A DNA stretch of 63,477 bases, the filler included, from Asterionella formosa (lineage: Eukaryota), in NCBI GenBank assembly GCA_002256025.1. It is 17 parts of 17 records of this genome, joined end to end, with 100 filler letters (N's around TTAATTAATTAA, not from the genome) between each part and the next. Parts side by side here need not be neighbours in the genome. Positions count along the whole stretch, not along the records: positions 57,950 to 59,256 come from NKIB01003103.1; positions 59,357 to 60,663 come from NKIB01003104.1; positions 60,764 to 62,070 come from NKIB01003105.1; positions 62,171 to 63,477 come from NKIB01003106.1; 13 more parts are not named here. One strand, given 5' to 3'. Made by a program: the position numbers and the translations under genes. The notes under the pieces are model-generated. The model was not told the DNA's origin. It saw only the letters and a program-made list of their open reading frames with translations, and did no database searches. Of the stretch, positions 57,850 through 63,477 are shown piece after piece (the first letter of the stretch is position 1; each line of letters begins with the position of its first letter).

Positions 57850-59356
57850 NNNNNNNNNNNNNNNNNNNNNNNNNNNNNNNNNNNNNNNNNNNNTTAATTA
57901 ATTAANNNNNNNNNNNNNNNNNNNNNNNNNNNNNNNNNNNNNNNNNNNNGCCAGGATGATCAATTGCTGGGATTACAAATATGGAATGACTCGTCCCCTT
58001 TCAGTGATTCAATAGCTCCTTTTCGATTTGGTGGCTGGCCAACCATCAATGTGGACAAAAGAAATCGGTAAGTGCTGCCTATCAGCCATCTTTGGATCAA
58101 TCCACAACTGTTAGAAAAACTGACACATATGTGTTGCTTCTTTCAGGATAATGGTAGACAAACAGTATTTGTAAGTTACAAACATCAGTGTTGGAGCCCA
58201 TCTATTGATTGATACTTTGCTTCTCATTCAATCTTCAACTGACACATTCTTTTACAGAACTATGCATCAGTTACTTCCTCAATTTGTGGTAAGTGAAGAT
58301 AGAAGCAAAATGCACGTTGTTGTGGAAGCAAAACATGAACAGCTAACAATGAATTGCTTCTCTTTGTTAGTATCATGGCTGATTGGAACAACGAAACGGA
58401 TTCAATAGTGCGTGAATGCAAACTCAGAACCCTCAGGAGTAAATGGAACAAAGCAGGGAAACAACGGCAAGGCAACCAGTACAACAACCTTCAGAATTGG
58501 ATTGGGGGGAATGTGGAAGTGAAAGCTAAATCACCTATCACTGCGATGAGAGCATTGTAGAAAATTCTGTAGCCACTCAAGATATAGAAACATAAAACCA
58601 TTCTTAAATATAGCTCTAAATTTCGATCAATTTCATCCTATTTTAGACAGTGATATCGACGAGAATTACGATCATAGTAAGATAGATGTATGACAAAAGT
58701 ATACACATCATATGACCATGTTTAACTAATTTTATGATGCAATGGTATTATAACTATTATAGTATCATCATACTTCAAGCTAGGTAAAAGTTTGCTGCAT
58801 GATCATAATTATATGATTCATTGATCATATTTTTGATCCAAACTATCATATATGTAAAAATCCTGTGCCACTTAGCGTCCAATACCCTTGATCCTAACTT
58901 AATTCATGATAATTTTTATTTACAGACAAGTAATACATACTAAAGTATTCAAGAAAGTGTTAGTCGAGTTCTCTCCTGATAGAGTTCTGATAAATCTATG
59001 TAAACCTAACCTTTTAGGTATATCTGTAGTTGAGCGAGATCGCTCACTGTCGTCCCACACCAAGGAAAACCTTTCACCTATGAAAAGGTTTGAAATGACG
59101 AATATTAATTCGTTCAGTAGTAGGTATATTTCAGTGATATCATGCATGGGATACATGAATCCTGCTATGCAATTGGAATATCCCACATTACAGAAAATGG
59201 GCGGTATCCAGACTGTAATTATCCTGTAAATAACAAATGATATCCACTTGATGACTNNNNNNNNNNNNNNNNNNNNNNNNNNNNNNNNNNNNNNNNNNNN
59301 TTAATTAATTAANNNNNNNNNNNNNNNNNNNNNNNNNNNNNNNNNNNNNNNNNNNN

Positions 59357-60536
59357 AATTAAGTCGTACGCAACGCCGGGTGTACCAGGAAAGACATTGA
59401 ACAAGAATGACGGTGAAGTCATTATGGAAGGAGAATATCGAAAAATTGTGGGCAAGTTACTATGGTCTACAAAGAAGGATTCGCCGGACTGTGCGAATGC
59501 GGTTCGGGAACTATCGGCTCAGTTAAGTTGCCCAGGTGAAGAACAATGGCATGCAGTGGCAAGAGTCATTGGTTACCTATCCAAGATGGAGGATAGAGGT
59601 CTCAAGTTGCGTAAGCCAAAAGAGTTAAGAGTCATTGCCTACGTGGACAGTGACTGGGCTGCTAATAAGGTTAACAGGAAGAGCACGACTGGCTATCTTG
59701 TTACTATTGGCGGGGCACTTATCAGTTGGCAGTCGAAGGGACAACAAACGGTTACGCTGTCCAGTACGGAAGCCGAGTATGTGGCGATGTCCCAGTGTGG
59801 ACAAGAGATCAAGTTTATAGCAATGCTACTGAATGAGGTTACTGGTGGTAAGGTCATGTTACCAAGTATCCTACGAGAAGACAATACAGGAGCTATTTTT
59901 ATCGCGAAGAATCAGCAAATCGGAACCAGGACAAAACATATTGATATTAAGTATCATCATGTAAAGGACATGATTGAGGATGAAGAATTGGAAGTCATTT
60001 TTATAAGGTCGGAAGATAATTTTGCGGACATTATGACCAAGAACGTGAAGGAACAGATTCATACGAGATTGTCCGAACCAGTTCAGAGTGGAACGATGTT
60101 ACAGCCTCTTGAGCGTGGCAATGGGGAGGATGTCAAGAATATTAGCCAGAGTCACAAGGATTGTGGACTCGATTGTAATCGAACGAGTCGAATATTGCAT
60201 TGCCACGTCAATCAGCTGTCTAACGAGATCAGAGATTGAAGATTTCTATGGAAATGTTAAGTGGAAACTCGAAGAGAGTCTTAGAATGACTTTGCAGGAA
60301 GCAAAGATGCATGGAAAGGAAACATTTAGTTTAGCTTATAATTTAATTTGAGATTTAGATTATCAACCGAGGAAACAGTGTGTTAATTGACAGGAAGGTC
60401 AATTAGTCTATCTAGCAGGAAGGCTAGAAGCAGAGACAAGAGAGAAAGTGAGTGGTACTAGGTAGTACTACGATCACGTAAGAGTCTACGTGAAGAGAGA
60501 CCCAACCCGCGGGAAGGAGTACGGACCATTTCAACA
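59357..60536 (+). mobile_element. 3' end of a Ty1/copia element: RNase H, PPT and 406-bp LTR (60131-60536)
   Basis: YRKIVGKLLW, YVDSDWA, RKSTTG, LSSTEAEY, EDNTGA, RTKHIDIKYH, ADIMTK; GGGGAGGA then TGTCAAG...TCAACA. Confidence 0.93.
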
Positions 60537-61211
60537 TGGTACCTGGTACTCTACCAGGTTGAGTTCTATAACGGTAGACCATGCTACCAGTATATGAATT
60601 GCTTTGCTGGCTATAACCGGTTCATATTTTTTGGTCACCACATTAGCACTGCTCGTCTTTGCTNNNNNNNNNNNNNNNNNNNNNNNNNNNNNNNNNNNNN
60701 NNNNNNNTTAATTAATTAANNNNNNNNNNNNNNNNNNNNNNNNNNNNNNNNNNNNNNNNNNNNGAAAGAACTTGTCTCTCTATTGATGAGGATGACACGG
60801 ACACCGACTTTTCCAGGAGCAAACAACAATGAAGAAACCCACTTGTCGCTCTATTGATGGTAACAAAGATGCGGACAAGCTCAACAGTGAATACAAGAAC
60901 AACATACCATTGAAAACAAGTCGACAGTGTGTGCACGCACGCGCCAAGCAGGTTTGAGGCAACGGACAATTCCAACAAGCAAATGACAATACAGATATCA
61001 AATTTTTCCTATGGGCAAACAACAATAAAAAGAGCCACTTGCTTTTGCTCTCTTGATGGTATCAAAGATGCGGACAAGTTCAATAGTTAATTCAAGTACA
61101 GTATGCCAAATGCAGAAACGAGCGAGCGATGACTTTGTTCCTTACAGTTGTACGGAAAATCTCAAGAGAAAACAAAACTGGCTGCATGGTGAATGGTGAA
61201 TTTAGAATTTT

Positions 61212-62010
61212 CTACAGTATGTGTTCTATCAATGAAAAACACAAGAGGGACGAGAAAATCATTGGGTTGAATGCACAGGCAGTTGTGAGCGTCAATCCAC
61301 CAACTCCCGGTGTGTAATTCTGAATGGACATCAGACGGTTTTGGAGCCTTGCAGGGATCAGAAAAATCAAATGAAACATTATTGGGATGTAAGCTCTTGA
61401 TTGCAACAAGAAATCAAAGCAAACAACGTCCACACTTCTACCACAGTGGAGGGTGACTGCCTCAACACATGGTTTTTGGTCTTCCATCTCAAACCGGGTA
61501 AACAGATCTTTCAGATATGTGTTTCGACATTGAGTAACAGCTTCTAAAATCGTCATTCCTGCCATTTGAGAAGAAATATACCATTTAAGAATTGCATCAT
61601 AAATATATAATGGTGACCTACTACCAAGTAAAATGCTAAGTAGCTCCGTTTTTACAACATCCTTTTGTGTGTAGGCTGTACCTGGATCTTCTTGGCAAAA
61701 TCGGAAGTTGGTAGGGTTTAAAATGTCGTTTATTTCTCCGTTCTGAATGATTGGACCATTAATAGCAGCAGCATCATGATCTACTAAACTGACCATTAAT
61801 AGCAGCAGCATCATGATCTACTAAACTATCAAGGACTAAACCATTATCATAGTCATCGGCATCAAAACAAACTGTTTGAACGAAATCAATGGCTGCTGGC
61901 GATTGTTTCAGGAATTTTGCAAGTGGGTCTTGAGAGTGGTGTCGTCCATCTCTTGGAGAAGTCGCTACCATTGATGATGTCTGCGATGCTTGAATCTGAG
62001 ATTGAATCAT
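61212..62010 (-). pseudogene. Decayed ORF, possibly the N-terminal part of a Plavaka/EnSpm-like transposase
   Basis: LLSILL..RSPLYIYDAILKW...VDVVCFDF; a 37-bp tandem duplication (61754-61790/61791-61827) shifts the frame. Confidence 0.4.
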
Positions 62011-62170
62011 ATATTGTTGCCCACACGAGGGGCTGTGTCTGTGATGACCACGAATTGATTTAAAATGACCNNNNNNNNNNNNNNNNNNNNNNNNNNNNNN
62101 NNNNNNNNNNNNNNTTAATTAATTAANNNNNNNNNNNNNNNNNNNNNNNNNNNNNNNNNNNNNNNNNNNN

Positions 62171-62562
62171 GCCTTGGATCCGTCAAAACCAATTGAATTC
62201 CAACTGAGATCAAGTTTAGTCAAGACAGCATTGTCCTTGAGAGCCTCGGCAATGGCCTTGGCTCCGTCAGCACCCATTGAATTATTAGAGAGATCAAGTG
62301 CAGTCAAGACAGTATTGACCTTGAGAGCCTCTGCAATGGCCTTGGTTCCATCATTACCAATTGAATTATCAAAGAGAGAAAGTTCAGTCAAGACAGTATT
62401 GACCTTGAGAGCCTCTGCAATGGCCTTGGCTCCGTCATCATCAATTGAATTAATTAAATTACCTTTGAGATCAACTGTGGTCAAATTTGGATCATTCGCT
62501 TTCAACCGTTTGACATATTTTTCCAATTCTGTTTCCTTTTTCCAACCAAATGCTCTTAGCAT
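62171..62562 (-). CDS. RNI-type leucine-rich-repeat protein (NLRC3/tropomodulin-like repeats), truncated by gap
   Basis: RLKANDPNLTTVDL then 28-aa repeats NSIG.DGAKAIAEALKVNTVLT.LDL. Confidence 0.8.
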
Positions 62563-63155
62563 TGTCAATGTCGTCTTGAATGTAATGAGAGTTGTCTATT
62601 GTTTATTCGAGATACTTCTTTGGTTTATTCGAGCGACTTTCTTGTTCGTGTTAAAGCTCTTTTTCTTGTCGTCGCGGTGATTGAAAAGTTATAGTGTCTC
62701 TACCACTTGCTTGTCGTAGAACTCTACGCAACTCATTCCTCCTATTACTAGGTGTCATGTTAGTCTAGCATTCTTACGTGCGTCTATTCTATGTACCAAT
62801 AGTTATCTCGTAGCATAAATAGCTGCAGGTACATAATGCAATATGTACTATGGGCTAGTATATAGCATCACGTACTAATCATGATCAATCCCGTGTACAT
62901 GTATGTGTACTACATATGGGTACCATGAAAGGGTACACCTTTCATTAGGGTTGACGTGGTATACATACACAGTGTGTATTGTGTAAATCTCTTTTTTGAG
63001 AGTAAACAAGTACCGGTATACAGGACTTATACGATCTAATATACCGGTATGAATAACATTATAATGTATATCATTCTTACATGGCCATCACTCTGGTAAG
63101 TACAACACAGTGCACTTCTACATATTGATTTCAAAAGACAAACAACCGGTACTAA

Positions 63156-63477
63156 GAGCATCGCCACCGCATCGACCAAATACCAAGCCAATTGAAGTTG
63201 CGGGTCATTACACGTCATGATGCGTTGTGTTGGTCGAAAAAGCAAAAGTGTTTTAGCCACCGCATCGACCAAGACCAAATATGCTTTGGTCTTGATCGAG
63301 GATGACCCCCTTATCGACCAAATATCAGGTGTTTGGTCGATTAGACTCCGACTGTAGCCAAATAAAAGGAGCATTTCTATTGGTTTAGATTGTGGCAAGC
63401 GCCGGCAACATAACATCAACTGTTTAATTGATCCACAAACGCTTACAATACACATTTACCTTACTCTCTTGATGTAG
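63156..63477 (+). mobile_element. Second copy of the Harbinger terminus
   Basis: TAA|GAGCATCGCCACCGCATCGACCAAATA...; about 250 bp matches the reverse complement of 51339-51589. Confidence 0.85.

Noticed and set aside
57950..59256. Protein-coding gene in this contig
   Set aside because: Only short ORFs with no recognisable motif.

Overview
Eukaryotic nuclear DNA, most likely from a diatom (inference from compact genes with short GT-AG introns, diatom-type Copia elements and a diatom-like PGRL1 fragment). It is not one locus: 17 contigs are joined by 16 artificial 100-nt spacers (N44-TTAATTAATTAA-N44). Two ~21 kb contigs carry host genes. 1-21140 has an EF-hand patatin TAG lipase, RAD50, a mucin-like membrane protein, a PPR protein and a peroxisomal acyl-CoA oxidase. 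24041-45177 has an ER 2OG-Fe(II) dioxygenase, an RluA pseudouridine synthase, ELP3, a CDT1-like protein, a PMP34-like carrier, a zinc-finger protein, mTERF and a TPLATE/beta-COP-like protein. Fifteen ~1.3 kb contigs are mostly transposon debris (Copia, Crypton, Harbinger, Plavaka/EnSpm-like). The three best leads: (1) non-coding DNA is saturated with TA-CCGG-TA / TA-CCWGG-TA palindromes, and two copies of one LTR differ by CCGGTA at two TA sites, which looks like excision footprints of a TA-targeting transposon; (2) an unassigned ~220-nt rod-like structured RNA at ~26767-26992 (-); (3) a decayed two-gene Kolobok-like transposon whose accessory ORF resembles the P2X7 'ballast' domain. All family calls are from motif recognition; no searches were run.
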